From Eledone cirrhosa (taxonomy: Eukaryota), in assembly GCA_964016885.1 (NCBI GenBank), contig OZ024743.1, positions 126,976,001-127,040,000 of the forward strand: a stretch of 64,000 bases of DNA, written 5' to 3'. The position numbers and the translations under genes were made by a program. Under the pieces are notes generated by a model that saw nothing but the letters and a program-made list of their open reading frames with translations, searched no databases and had not been told where the DNA came from. This document shows positions 26,601 to 42,497 of this stretch, piece after piece; positions within the stretch are counted from its first letter, which is position 1; every line of letters begins with the position of its first letter.

Positions 26601-29600
26601 ATTAACAGTGGCTGTGGTATAATGCATTATCAACAGTGGCTGTCGTATAATGTATTATCAACAGTGGCTGTGGTATAATGCATTATCAACATTAGCTGTG
26701 GTATAATGCATTATCAACACTGGCTGTGGTATAATACATAATCAACACTGGCTGTGGTATAATGCATTATCAACAGTGGCTGTCGTATAATGCATTATCA
26801 ACATTAGCTGTGGTATAATGCATTATTAACACTAGCTGTGGTATAATGCATTATCAACACTAGCTATGGTATAAGACATTATCAATGCTGGCTGTGGTAT
26901 AATGCATTATCAACACTGGCTGTGGTATAATTCATTATCAACACTAGCTGTGGTATAATTCATTATCAATGATGGCTGTGGTATAATACATTATCAACAC
27001 TGGCTGTGGGATAATGCATTATCAACACAAGCTGTGGTATAATGCATTATCAACACTGGTTGTGGTATAATGCATTATCAACACTGGTTGTGGTATAATA
27101 CATTATCAACGCTGGCTGTGGTATAATGCATTATCAACACTGGCTGTGGTATAATACATTATCAACACTGGCTGTGGTATAATGCATTATCAACAGTGGC
27201 TGTGGTATAATGCATTATCAACAGTGGCTGTCGTATAATGCATTATCAACATTAGCTGTGGTATAATGCATTATTAACACTAGCTGTGGTATAATGCATT
27301 ATCAACACTGGCTGTGGTATAATGCATTCTCAACAGTGGCTGTGGTATAATGCATTATAAACACTGGCTATGGTATAATGCATTATCAACACTGGCTGTG
27401 GTATAATGCATTATCAACACTGGCTGTGGTATAATACATTATCAACACTGGCTGTGGTATAATACATTATCAACACTGGCTGTGGTATAATACATTATCA
27501 ACACTGGCTGTGGTATAATGCATCATCAACACTGGCTGTGGTATAATGCATTATCAACACTGGCTGTGGTATAATGCATTATCAACACTGGCTGTGGTAT
27601 AATGCATTATCAACACTAGCTGTGGTATAATTCATTATCAATGATGGCTGTGGTATAATACATTATCAACACTGGCTGTGGGATAATGCATTATCAACAC
27701 AAGCTGTGGTATAATGCATTATCAACACTGGTTGTGGTATAATGCATTATCAACACTGGTTGTGGTATAATACATTATCAACGCTGGTTGTGGTATAATA
27801 CATTATCAACGCTGGCTGTGGTATAATACATTATCAACGCTGGCTGTGGTATAATACATTATCAACGCTGGCTGTGGTATAATGCATTATCAACACTGGC
27901 TGTGGTATAATACATTATCAACACTGGCTGTGGTATAATACATTATCAACACTGGCTGTGGTATAATATATTATCAACACTGGCTGTGGTATAATATATT
28001 ATCAACACTGGCTGTGGTATAATACATTATCAACACTGGCTGTGGTATAATGCATTATCAACACTGGATGTGGTATAATGCATTATCAACACTGGCTGTG
28101 GTATAATACATTATCAACACTGGCTGTGGTATAATGCATTATCAACAGTGGCTGTGGTATAATGCATTATCAACAGTGGCTGTGGTATAATGCATTATCA
28201 ACAGTGGCTGTCGTATAATGCATTATCAACAGTGGCCCTGGTATAATGCATTATCAACATTAGCTGTGGTATAATGCATTATCAACAGTAGCTGTCGTAT
28301 AATACATTATCAACACTGGCTGTGGTATAATACATTATCAACACTGGCTGTGGTATAATGCATTATCAACAGTGGCTGTCGTATAATGCATTATCAACAT
28401 TAGCTGTGGTATAATGCATTATTAACACTAGCTGTGGTATAATGCATTATCAACACTGGCTGTGGTATAATACATTATCAACACTGGCTGTGGTATAATG
28501 CATTATCAACACTGGCTGTGGTATAATGCATTATCAACACTGGCTATGGTATAATACATTATTAACACTGGCTGTGGTATAATACATTATCAACACTGGC
28601 TGTGGTATAATACATTATCAACACTGGCTGTGGTATAATACATTATCAACACTGGCTGTGGTATAATACATTATCAACACTGGCTGTGGTATAATGCATT
28701 ATCAACACTGGCTGTGGTATAATGCATTATCAACACTGGCTATGGTATAATGCATTATCAACACTGGCTGTGGTATAATACATTATCAACACTGGCTGTG
28801 GTATAATACATTATCAACACTGGCTGTGGTATAATACATTATCAACACTGGCTGTGGTATAATACATTATCAATACTGGCTGTGGTATAATGCATTATCA
28901 ACACTGGCTGTGGTATAATGCATTATCAACAGTGGCTGTGGTATAATGCATTATCAACAGTGGCTGTGGTATAATGCATTATCAACAGTGGCTGTGGTAT
29001 AACGCATTATCAACACTAGCTGTGGTATAATACATTATCAACACTGGCTGTGGTATAATGCATTATCAACATTAGCTGTGGTATAATGCATTATCAACAC
29101 AAGCTGTGGTATAATGCATTATCAACACTGGTTGCGGTATAATACATTATCAATGCTGGCTGTGGTATAATGCATTATCAACACTGGCTGTGGTATAATG
29201 CATTATCAACACTGGATGTGGTATAATGCATTATCAACACTGGCTGTGGTATAATACATTATCAACACTGGCTGTGGTATAATACATTATCAACACTGGC
29301 TGTGGTATAATGCATTATCAGCAGTGGCTGTGGTATAATGCATTATCAACAGTGGCTGTCGTATAATGCATTATCAACAGTGGCTGTGGTATAATGCATT
29401 ATCAACATTAGCTGTGGTATAATGCATTATCAACATTAGCTGTGGTATAACGCATTATCAACAGTAGCTGTCGTATAATGCATTATCAACAGTGGCTGTC
29501 GTATAATGCATTATCAACATTAGCTGTGGTATAATGCATTATTAACACTAGCTGTGGTATAATGCATTATCAACACTGGCTGTGGTATAATGCATTATCA

Positions 29601-30587
29601 ACAGTGGCTGTGGTATAATACATTATCAACACTGGCTGTGGTATAATACATTATCAACACTGGCTGAAGTATAATATATTATCAACACTGGCTGTGGTAT
29701 AATACATTATCAACACTGGCTGTGGTATAAGACATTATCAATGCTGGCTGTGGTATAATGCATTATCAACACTGGCTGTGGTATAATGCATTATCAACAC
29801 TAGCTGTGGTATAATTCATTATCAATGATGGCAGTGGTATAATACATTATCAACACTGGCTGTGGGATAATACATTATCAACACTGGCTGTGGGATAATG
29901 CATTATCAACACTGGCTTTGGTATAATGCATTATCAACACTGGTTGTGGTATAATACATTATCAACGCTGGCTGTGGTATAATGCATTATCAACACTGGC
30001 TGTGGTATAATACATTATCAACGCTGGCTGTGGTATAATACATTATCAACACTGGCTGTGGTATAATACATTATCAACACTGGCTGTGGTATAATGCATT
30101 ATCAACACTGGATGTGGTATAATGCATTATAAACACTGGCTGTGTTATAATACATTATCAACACTGGCTGTGGTATAATGCATTATCAATAGTGGCTGTC
30201 GTATAATGCATTATCAACATTAGCTGTCGTATAATGCATTATCAACATTAGCTGTGGTATAATGCATTATCAACACTGGCTGTGGTATAATACATTATCA
30301 ACACTGGCTGTGGTATAATACATTATCAACACTGGCTGTGGTATAATACATTATCAACACTGGCTGTGGTATAAGACATTATCAACAGTGGCTGTGGTAT
30401 AATGCATTATCAACACTGGCTGTGGTATAATGCATTATCAACACTGGCTGTGGTATAATGCATTATCAACACTGGCTGTGGTATAATACATTATCAACAC
30501 TGGCTGTGGTATAATACATTATCAACACTGGCTGTGGTATAATACATTATCAACACTGGCTGTGGTATAATGCATTATCAACACTGG

Positions 30588-33275
30588 CTGTGGTATAATG
30601 CATTATCAACACTGGCTGTGGTATGAGACATTATCAATGCTGGCTGTGGTATAATGCATTATCAACACTGGCTGTGGTATAATGCATTATCAACACTAGC
30701 TGTGGTATAATACATTATCAACACTGGCTGTGGGATAATGCATTATCAACACAAGCTGTGGTATAATGCATTATCAACACTGGTTGTGGTATAATGCATT
30801 ATCAACGCTGGCTGTGGTATAATGCATTATCAACACTGGCTGTGGTATAATACATTATCAACACTGGCTGTGGTATAATACATTATCAACGCTGGCTGTG
30901 GTATAAAATATTATCAATGCTGGCTGTGGTATAATGCATTATCAACACTGGCTGTGGTATAATGCATTATCAACACTGGCTGTGGTATAATGCATTATCA
31001 ACACTGGCTGTGGTATAATACATTATCAACACTGGCTGTTGTATAATACATTATCAACACTGGCTGTGGTGTAACGCATTATCCACACTGGCTGTGGTAT
31101 AACACATTATCAACACTGGCTGTGGTATAATACATTATCAACACTGGCTGTGGCGTAACGCATTATCCACACTGGCTGTGGTATAACACATTATCAACAG
31201 TGGCTGTGGTATAACACATTATCAACACTAGCTGTGGTATAATTCATTATCAATGATGGCTGTGGTATAATACATTATCAACACTGGCTGTGGTATAATA
31301 CATTATCAACACTGGCTGTGGTATAATGCATTATCAACACTGGCTATGGTATAATACATTATCAACACTGGCTATGGTATAATACATTATCAACACTGGC
31401 TGTAGTATAATACATTATCAACACTGGCTGTAGTATAATACATTATCAACACTGGCTGTGGTATAATACATTATCAACACTGGCTGTGGTATAATACATT
31501 ATCAACACTGGCTGTGGTATAAGACATTATCAATGCTGGCTGTTGTATAATGCATTATCAACACTGGCTGTGGTATAATGCATTATCAACACTAGCTGTG
31601 GTATAATTCATTATCAATGATGGCTGTGGTATAATACATTATCAACACTGGCTGTGGGATAATACATTATCAACACTGGCTGTGGGATAATGCATTATCA
31701 ACACAAGCTGTGGTATAATGCATTATCAACACTGGTTTTGGTATAATGCATTATCAACACTGGCTGTGGTATAATGCATTATCAACACTGGCTGTGGTAT
31801 AATACATTATCAACACTGGCTGTGGTATAATACATTATCAACACTGGCTGTGGTATAATACATTATCAACACTGGCTGTGGTATAATACATTATCAACAC
31901 TGGCTGTGGTATAATGCATTATCAACACTGGCTGTGGTATAATGCATTATCAACACTGGCTGTGGTATGAGACATTATCAATGCTGGCTGTGGTATAATG
32001 CATTATCAACACTGGCTGTGGTATAATGCATTATCAACACTAGCTGTGGTATAATACATTATCAACACTGGCTGTGGGATAATGCATTATCAACACAAGC
32101 TGTGGTATAATGCATTATCAACACTGGTTGTGGTATAATGCATTATCAACGCTGGCTGTGGTATAATGCATTATCAACACTGGCTGTGGTATAATACATT
32201 ATCAACACTGGCTGTGGTATAATACATTATCAACGCTGGCTGTGGTATAAAATATTATCAATGCTGGCTGTGGTATAATGCATTATCAACACTGGCTGTG
32301 GTATAATGCATTATCAACACTGGCTGTGGTATAATGCATTATCAACACTGGCTGTGGTATAATACATTATCAACACTGGCTGTTGTATAATACATTATCA
32401 ACACTGGCTGTGGTGTAACGCATTATCCACACTGGCTGTGGTATAACACATTATCAACACTGGCTGTGGTATAATACATTATCAACACTGGCTGTGGCGT
32501 AACGCATTATCCACACTGGCTGTGGTATAACACATTATCAACAGTGGCTGTGGTATAACACATTATCAACACTAGCTGTGGTATAATTCATTATCAATGA
32601 TGGCTGTGGTATAATACATTATCAACACTGGCTGTGGTATAATACATTATCAACACTGGCTGTGGTATAATGCATTATCAACACTGGCTATGGTATAATA
32701 CATTATCAACACTGGCTATGGTATAATACATTATCAACACTGGCTGTAGTATAATACATTATCAACACTGGCTGTAGTATAATACATTATCAACACTGGC
32801 TGTGGTATAATACATTATCAACACTGGCTGTGGTATAATACATTATCAACACTGGCTGTGGTATAAGACATTATCAATGCTGGCTGTTGTATAATGCATT
32901 ATCAACACTGGCTGTGGTATAATGCATTATCAACACTAGCTGTGGTATAATTCATTATCAATGATGGCTGTGGTATAATACATTATCAACACTGGCTGTG
33001 GGATAATACATTATCAACACTGGCTGTGGGATAATGCATTATCAACACAAGCTGTGGTATAATGCATTATCAACACTGGTTTTGGTATAATGCATTATCA
33101 ACACTGGCTGTGGTATAATGCATTATCAACACTGGCTGTGGTATAATACATTATCAACACTGGCTGTGGTATAATACATTATCAACACTGGCTGTGGTAT
33201 AATACATTATCAACACTGGCTGTGGTATAATACATTATCAACACTGGCTGTGGTATAATGCATTATCAACACTGG
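30588..33275. repeat. 1344-bp (48-monomer) tandem duplication within the array
   Basis: Rare variants recur at an offset of exactly 1344: TATGAGAC (30625/31969), ATAAAATATT (30907/32251), GGTTTTGG (31736/33080). Boundaries are approximate. Confidence 0.85.
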
Positions 33276-36200
33276 ATGTGGTATAATGCATTATAAACAC
33301 TGGCTGTGGTATAATGCATTATCAATAGTGGCTGTCGTATAATGCATTATCAACATTAGCTGTCGTATAATGCATTATCAACATTAGCTGTGGTATAATG
33401 CATTATCAACACTGGCTGTGGTATAATACATTATCAACACTGGCTGTGGTATAATACATTATCAACACTGGCTGTGGTATAAGACATTATCAACAGTGGC
33501 TGTGGTATAATACATTATCAACACTGGCTGTCGTATAATGCATTATCAACACTGGCTGTGGTATAATGCATTATCAACAGTGGCTGTGGTATAATACATT
33601 ATCAACACTGGCTGTGGTATAATACATTATCAACACTGGCTGTGGTATAATACATTATCAACGCTGGCTGTGGTATAATACATTATCAACGCTGGCTGTG
33701 GTATAATGCATTATCAACACTGGCTGTGGTATAATACATTATCAACACTGGCTGTGGTATAAGACATTATCAATGCTAGGTGTGGTATAATGCATTATCA
33801 ACACTGGCTGTGGTATAATGCATTATCAACACTAGCTGTGGTATAATTCATTATCAATGATGGCTGTGGTATAATACTTTCTCAACACTGGCTATGGTAT
33901 AATACATTATCAACACTGGCTGTGGGATAATGCATTATCAACACAAGCTGTGGTATAATGCATTATCAACACTGGTTGTGGTATAATGCATTATCAACAC
34001 TGGTTGTGGTATAATACATTATCAACACTGGCTGTGGTATAATGCATTATCAACACTGGATGTGGTATAATGCATTATCAACAGTGGCTGTCGTATAATG
34101 CATTATCAACATTAGCTGTGGTATAATGCATTATTAACACTAGCTGTGGTATAATGCATTATCAACACTGGCTGTGGTATAATGCATTCTCAACAGTGGC
34201 TGTGGTATAATGCATTATCAACACTGGCTATGGTATAATGCATTATTAACACTGGCTGTGGTATAATACATTATCAACACTGGCCGTGGTATAATACATT
34301 ATCAACACTGGCCGTGGTATAATACATTATCAACACTGGCTGTGGTATAATACATTATCAACACTGGCTGTGGTATAATGCATTATCAACACTGGCTGTG
34401 GTATAATGCATTATCAACACTAGCTGTGGTATAATTCATTATCAATGATGGCTGTGGAATACATTATCAACACTGGCTGTGGGATAATACATTATCAACA
34501 CAGGCTGTGGGATAATGCATTATCAACATAAGCTGTGGTATAATGCATTATCAACACTGGTTGTGGTATAATGCATTATCAACACTGGTTGTGGTATAAT
34601 ACATTATCAACGCTGGCTGTGGTATAATAGATTATCAACGCTGGCTGTGGTATAATGCATTATCAACACTGGCTGTGGTATAATACATTATCAACACTGG
34701 CTGTGGTATAATGTATTATCAACACTGGCTGTGGTATAATACATTATCAACACTGGCTGTGGTATAATGCATTATCAACACTGGATGTGGTATAATGCAT
34801 TATCAACACTGGCTGTGGTATAATACATTATCAACACTGGCTGTGGTATGATGCATTATCAACAGTGGCTGTGGTATAATGCATTATCAACAGTGGCTGT
34901 GGTATAATGCATTATTAACAGTGGCTGTGGTATAATGCATTATCAACAGTGGCTGTCGTATAATGTATTATCAACAGTGGCTGTGGTATAATGCATTATC
35001 AACATTAGCTGTGGTATAATGCATTATCAACACTGGCTGTGGTATAATACATAATCAACACTGGCTGTGGTATAATGCATTATCAACAGTGGCTGTCGTA
35101 TAATGCATTATCAACATTAGCTGTGGTATAATGCATTATTAACACTAGCTGTGGTATAATGCATTATCAACACTAGCTATGGTATAAGACATTATCAATG
35201 CTGGCTGTGGTATAATGCATTATCAACACTGGCTGTGGTATAATTCATTATCAACACTAGCTGTGGTATAATTAATTATCAATGATGGCTGTGGTATAAT
35301 ACATTATCAACACTGGCTGTGGGATAATGCATTATCAACACAAGCTGTGGTATAATGCATTATCAACACTGGTTGTGGTATAATGCATTATCAACACTGG
35401 TTGTGGTATAATACATTATCAACGCTGGCTGTGGTATAATGCATTATCAACACTGGCTGTGGTATAATACATTATCAACACTGGCTGTGGTATAATGCAT
35501 TATCAACAGTGGCTGTGGTATAATGCATTATCAACAGTGGCTGTCGTATAATGCATTATCAACATTAGCTGTGGTATAATGCATTATTAACACTAGCTGT
35601 GGTATAATGCATTATCAACACTGGCTGTGGTATAATGCATTCTCAACAGTGGCTGTGGTATAATGCATTATAAACACTGGCTATGGTATAATGCATTATC
35701 AACACTGGCTGTGGTATAATGCATTATCAACACTGGCTGTGGTATAATACATTATCAACACTGGCTGTGGTATAATACATTATCAACACTGGCTGTGGTA
35801 TAATACATTATCAACACAGGCTGTGGTATAATACATTATCAACACTGGCTGTGGTATAATGCATCATCAACACTGGCTGTGGTATAATGCATTATCAACA
35901 CTGGCTGTGGTATAATGCATTATCAACACTGGCTGTGGTATAATGCATTATCAACACTAGCTGTGGTATAATTCATTATCAATGATGGCTGTGGTATAAT
36001 ACATTATCAACACTGGCTGTGGGATAATGCATTATCAACACAAGCTGTGGTATAATGCATTATCAACACTGGTTGTGGTATAATGCATTATCAACACTGG
36101 TTGTGGTATAATACATTATCAACGCTGGTTGTGGTATAATACATTATCAACGCTGGCTGTGGTATAATACATTATCAACGCTGGCTGTGGTATAATACAT

Positions 36201-39200
36201 TATCAACGCTGGCTGTGGTATAATGCATTATCAACACTGGCTGTGGTATAATACATTATCAACACTGGCTGTGGTATAATACATTATCAACACTGGCTGT
36301 GGTATAATATATTATCAACACTGGCTGTGGTATAATATATTATCAACACTGGCTGTGGTATAATACATTATCAACACTGGCTGTGGTATAATGCATTATC
36401 AACACTGGATGTGGTATAATGCATTATCAACACTGGCTGTGGTATAATACATTATCAACACTGGCTGTGGTATAATGCATTATCAACAGTGGCTGTGGTA
36501 TAATGCATTATCAACAGTGGCTGTGGTATAATGCATTATCAACAGTGGCTGTCGTATAATGCATTATCAACAGTGGCCCTGGTATAATGCATTATCAACA
36601 TTAGCTGTGGTATAATGCATTATCAACAGTAGCTGTCGTATAATACATTATCAACACTGGCTGTGGTATAATACATTATCAACACTGGCTGTGGTATAAT
36701 GCATTATCAACAGTGGCTGTCGTATAATGCATTATCAACATTAGCTGTGGTATAATGCATTATTAACACTAGCTGTGGTATAATGCATTATCAACACTGG
36801 CTGTGGTATAATACATTATCAACACTGGCTGTGGTATAATGCATTATCAACACTGGCTGTGGTATAATGCATTATCAACACTGGCTATGGTATAATACAT
36901 TATTAACACTGGCTGTGGTATAATACATTATCAACACTGGCTGTGGTATAATACATTATCAACACTGGCTGTGGTATAATACATTATCAACACTGGCTGT
37001 GGTATAATACATTATCAACACTGGCTGTGGTATAATGCATTATCAACACTGGCTGTGGTATAATGCATTATCAACACTGGCTATGGTATAATGCATTATC
37101 AACAGTGGCTGTGGTATAATGCATTATCAACAGTGGCTGTCGTATAATGCATTATCAACAGTGGCCCTGGTATAATGCATTATCAACATTAGCTGTGGTA
37201 TAATGCATTATCAACAGTAGCTGTCGTATAATACATTATCAACACTGGCTGTGGTATAATACATTATCAACACTGGCTGTGGTATAATGCATTATCAACA
37301 GTGGCTGTCGTATAATGCATTATCAACATTAGCTGTGGTATAATGCATTATTAACACTAGCTGTGGTATAATGCATTATCAACACTGGCTGTGGTATAAT
37401 ACATTATCAACACTGGCTGTGGTATAATGCATTATCAACACTGGCTGTGGTATAATGCATTATCAACACTGGCTATGGTATAATACATTATTAACACTGG
37501 CTGTGGTATAATACATTATCAACACTGGCTGTGGTATAATACATTATCAACACTGGCTGTGGTATAATACATTATCAACACTGGCTGTGGTATAATACAT
37601 TATCAACACTGGCTGTGGTATAATGCATTATCAACACTGGCTGTGGTATAATGCATTATCAACACTGGCTATGGTATAATGCATTATCAACACTGGCTGT
37701 GGTATAATACATTATCAACACTGGCTGTGGTATAATACATTATCAACACTGGCTGTGGTATAATACATTATCAACACTGGCTGTGGTATAATACATTATC
37801 AATACTGGCTGTGGTATAATGCATTATCAACACTGGCTGTGGTATAATGCATTATCAACAGTGGCTGTGGTATAATGCATTATCAACAGTGGCTGTGGTA
37901 TAATGCATTATCAACAGTGGCTGTGGTATAACGCATTATCAACACTAGCTGTGGTATAATACATTATCAACACTGGCTGTGGTATAATACATTATCAACA
38001 GTGGCTGTGGTATAATGCATTATCAACATTAGCTGTGGTATAATGCATTATCAACACAAGCTGTGGTATAATGCATTATCAACACTGGTTGCGGTATAAT
38101 ACATTATCAATGCTGGCTGTGGTATAATACATTATCAACACTGGCTGTGGTATAATGCATTATCAACACTGGATGTGGTATAATGCATTATCAACACTGG
38201 CTGTGGTATAATACATTATCAACACTGGCTGTGGTATAATACATTATCAACACTGGCTGTGGTATAATGCATTATCAGCAGTGGCTGTGGTATAATGCAT
38301 TATCAACAGTGGCTGTCGTATAATGCATTATCAACAGTGGCTGTGGTATAATGCATTATCAACATTAGCTGTGGTATAATGCATTATCAACATTAGCTGT
38401 GGTATAACGCATTATCAACAGTAGCTGTCGTATAATGCATTATCAACAGTGGCTGTCGTATAATGCATTATCAACATTAGCTGTGGTATAATGCATTATT
38501 AACACTAGCTGTGGTATAATGCATTATCAACACTGGCTGTGGTATAATGCATTATCAACAGTGGCTGTGGTATAATACATTATCAACACTGGCTGTGGTA
38601 TAATACATTATCAACACTGGCTGAAGTATAATATATTATCAACACTGGCTGTGGTATAATACATTATCAACACTGGCTGTGGTATAAGACATTATCAATG
38701 CTGGCTGTGGTATAATGCATTATCAACACTGGCTGTGGTATAATGCATTATCAACACTAGCTGTGGTATAATTCATTATCAATGATGGCAGTGGTATAAT
38801 ACATTATCAACACTGGCTGTGGGATAATACATTATCAACACTGGCTGTGGGATAATGCATTATCAACACTGGCTTTGGTATAATGCATTATCAACACTGG
38901 TTGTGGTATAATACATTATCAACGCTGGCTGTGGTATAATGCATTATCAACACTGGCTGTGGTATAATACATTATCAACGCTGGCTGTGGTATAATACAT
39001 TATCAACACTGGCTGTGGTATAATACATTATCAACACTGGCTGTGGTATAATACATTATCAACACTGGCTGTGGTATAATGCATTATCAACACTGGATGT
39101 GGTATAATGCATTATAAACACTGGCTGTGTTATAATACATTATCAACACTGGCTGTGGTATAATGCATTATCAATAGTGGCTGTCGTATAATGCATTATC

Positions 39201-42200
39201 AACATTAGCTGTCGTATAATGCATTATCAACATTAGCTGTGGTATAATGCATTATCAACACTGGCTGTGGTATAATACATTATCAACACTGGCTGTGGTA
39301 TAATACATTATCAACACTGGCTGTGGTATAATACATTATCAACACTGGCTGTGGTATAAGACATTATCAACAGTGGCTGTGGTATAATGCATTATCAACA
39401 CTGGCTGTGGTATAATGCATTATCAACACTGGCTGTGGTATAATGCATTATCAACACTGGCTGTGGTATAATACATTATCAACACTGGCTGTGGTATAAT
39501 ACATTATCAACACTGGCTGTGGTATAATACATTATCAACACTGGCTGTGGTATAATGCATTATCAACACTGGCTGTGGTATAATGCATTATCAACACTGG
39601 CTGTGGTATGAGACATTATCAATGCTGGCTGTGGTATAATGCATTATCAACACTGGCTGTGGTATAATGCATTATCAACACTAGCTGTGGTATAATTCAT
39701 TATCAACGATGGCTGTGGTATAATACATTATCAACACTGGCTGTGGGATAATGCATTATCAACACAAGCTGTGGTATAATGCATTATCAACACTGGTTGT
39801 GGTATAATGCATTATCAACGCTGGCTGTGGTATAATGCATTATCAACACTGGCTGTGGTATAATACATTATCAACACTGGCTGTGGTATAATACATTATC
39901 AACACTGGATGTGGTATAATACATTATCAACACTGGCTGTGGTATAATGCATTATCAACAGTGGCTGTCGTATAATGCATTATCAACAGTGGCTGTCGTA
40001 TAATGCATTATCAACATTAGCTGTGGTATAATGCATTATTAACACTAGCTGTGGTATAATGCATTATCAACACTGGCTGTGGTATAATGCATTCTCAACA
40101 GTGGCTGTGGTATAATGCATTATCAACACTGGCTATGGTATAATGCATTATTAACACTGGCTGTGGTATAATGCATTATCAACAGTGGCTGTGGTATAAT
40201 GCATTATCAACAGTGGCTGTCGTATAATGCATTATCAACAGTGGCTGTGGTATAATGCATCATCAACATTAGCTGTGGTATAATGCATTATCAACACTGG
40301 CTGTGGTATAATACATTATCAATACTGGCTGTCGTATAATGCATTATCAACACTGGCTATGGTATAATACATTATTAACACTGGCTGTGGTATAATACAT
40401 TATCAACACTGGCTGTGGTATAATACATTATCAACACTGGCTGTGGTATAATACATTCTCAACAGTGGCTGTGGTATAATGCATTATCAACACTGGCTAT
40501 GGTATAATCCATTATCAACACTGGCTGTGGTATAATACATTATCAACACTGGCTGTGGTATAATACATTATTAACACTGGCTGTGGTATAATACATTATC
40601 AACACTGGCTGTGGTATAATACATTATCAACACTGGCTGTGGTATAATACATTATCAACACTGGTTGTGGTATAATACATTATCAACACTGGCTGTGGTA
40701 TAATACATTATCAACACTGGTTGTGGTATAATACATTATCAACACTGGCTGTGGTATAATACATTATCAACACTGGCTGTGGTATAATGCATTATCAACA
40801 GTGGCTGTGGTATAATACATTATCAACACTAGCTGTGGTATAAGACATTATCAATGCTGGCTGTGGTATAATGCATTATCAACGCTGGCTGTGGTATAAT
40901 GCATTATCAACGCTGGCTGTGGTATAATTCATTATCAATGATGGCTGTGGTATAATACATTATCAACACTGGCTGTGGTATAATACATTATCAACACTGG
41001 CTGTGGGATAATGCATTATCAACACTGGTTGTGGTATACTGCATTATCAACACTGGTTGTGGTATAATACATTATCAACGCTGGCTGTGGTATAATGCAT
41101 TATCAACACTGGCTGTGGTATAATACATTATCAACACTGGCTGTGGTATAATGCATTATCAACACTGGCTGTGGTATAATGCATTATCAACACTGAATGT
41201 GGTATAATGCATTATCAACACTGGCTGTGGTATAATGCATTATCAACAGTGGCTGTCGTATAATGCATTATCAACAGTGGCTGTCGTATAATGCATTATC
41301 AACATTAGCTGTGGTATAATGCATTATTAACACTGGCTGTGGTATAATGCATTATTAACACTGGCTGTGGTATAATGCATTATCAACACTGGCTGTGGTA
41401 TAATGCATTATCAACACTGGCTGTGGTATAATACATTATCAACACTGGCTGTGGTATAATACATTATCAACACTGGCTGTGGTATAATGCATTACCAACA
41501 CTGGCTGTGGTATAATGCATTATCAACACTGGCTGTGGTATAATGCATTATCAACACTGGCTGTGGTATAATGCATTATCAACACTGGCTGTGGTATAAT
41601 GCATTATCAACACTGGCTGTGGTATAATGCATTATCAACACTGGCTGTGGTATAATGCATTATCAATGATGGCTGTGGGATAATACATTATCAACACTGG
41701 CTGTGGGATAATGCATTATCAACACTGGCTGTGGGATAATGCATTATCAACACTGGCTGTGGTATAATGCATTATCAATGATGGCTGTGGGATAATACAT
41801 TATCAACACTGGCTGTGGGATAATGCATTATCAACACTGGTTGTGGTATAATGCATTATCAACACTGGTTGTGGTATAATACATTATCAACGCTGGCTGT
41901 GGTATAATGCATTATCAACGCTGGCTGTGGTATAATGCATTATCAACGCTGGCTGTGGTATAATGCATTATCAACACTGGCTGTGGTATAATGCATTATC
42001 AACACTGGCTGTGGTATAATGCATTATCAACACTGACTGTGGTATAATGCATTATCAACACTGGCTGTGGTATAATAAATTATCAACAGTGACTGTGGTA
42101 TAATACATTATCAATGCTGGCTGTGGTATAATACATTATCAATGCTGGCTGTGGTATAATACATTATCCATGCTGGCTGTGGTATAATACATTATCCATG

Positions 42201-42245
42201 CTGGCTGTGGTATAATACATTATCCATGCTGGCTGTGGTATAATG

Positions 42246-42497
42246 TATTATACCACAGCCAGTGTTGATAATGTATTATACCACAGCTAGTGTTGATAAT
42301 GCGTTATACCACAGCCACTGTTGATAATGCATTATACCACAGCCACTGTTGATAATGCATTATACCACAGCCACTGTTGATAATGCATTATACCACAGCC
42401 AGTGTTGATAAAGCATTATACCACAGCCAGTGTTGATAATGCATTATACCACAGCCAGTGTTGATAATGCATTATACCACAGCCAGTGTTGATAATG
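42246..42497 (-). repeat. Inverted block of 9 monomers, copy 4
   Basis: Same junctions and variant order, but 252 bp (9 x 28), with one extra consensus monomer next to the palindrome centre. Confidence 0.95.
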
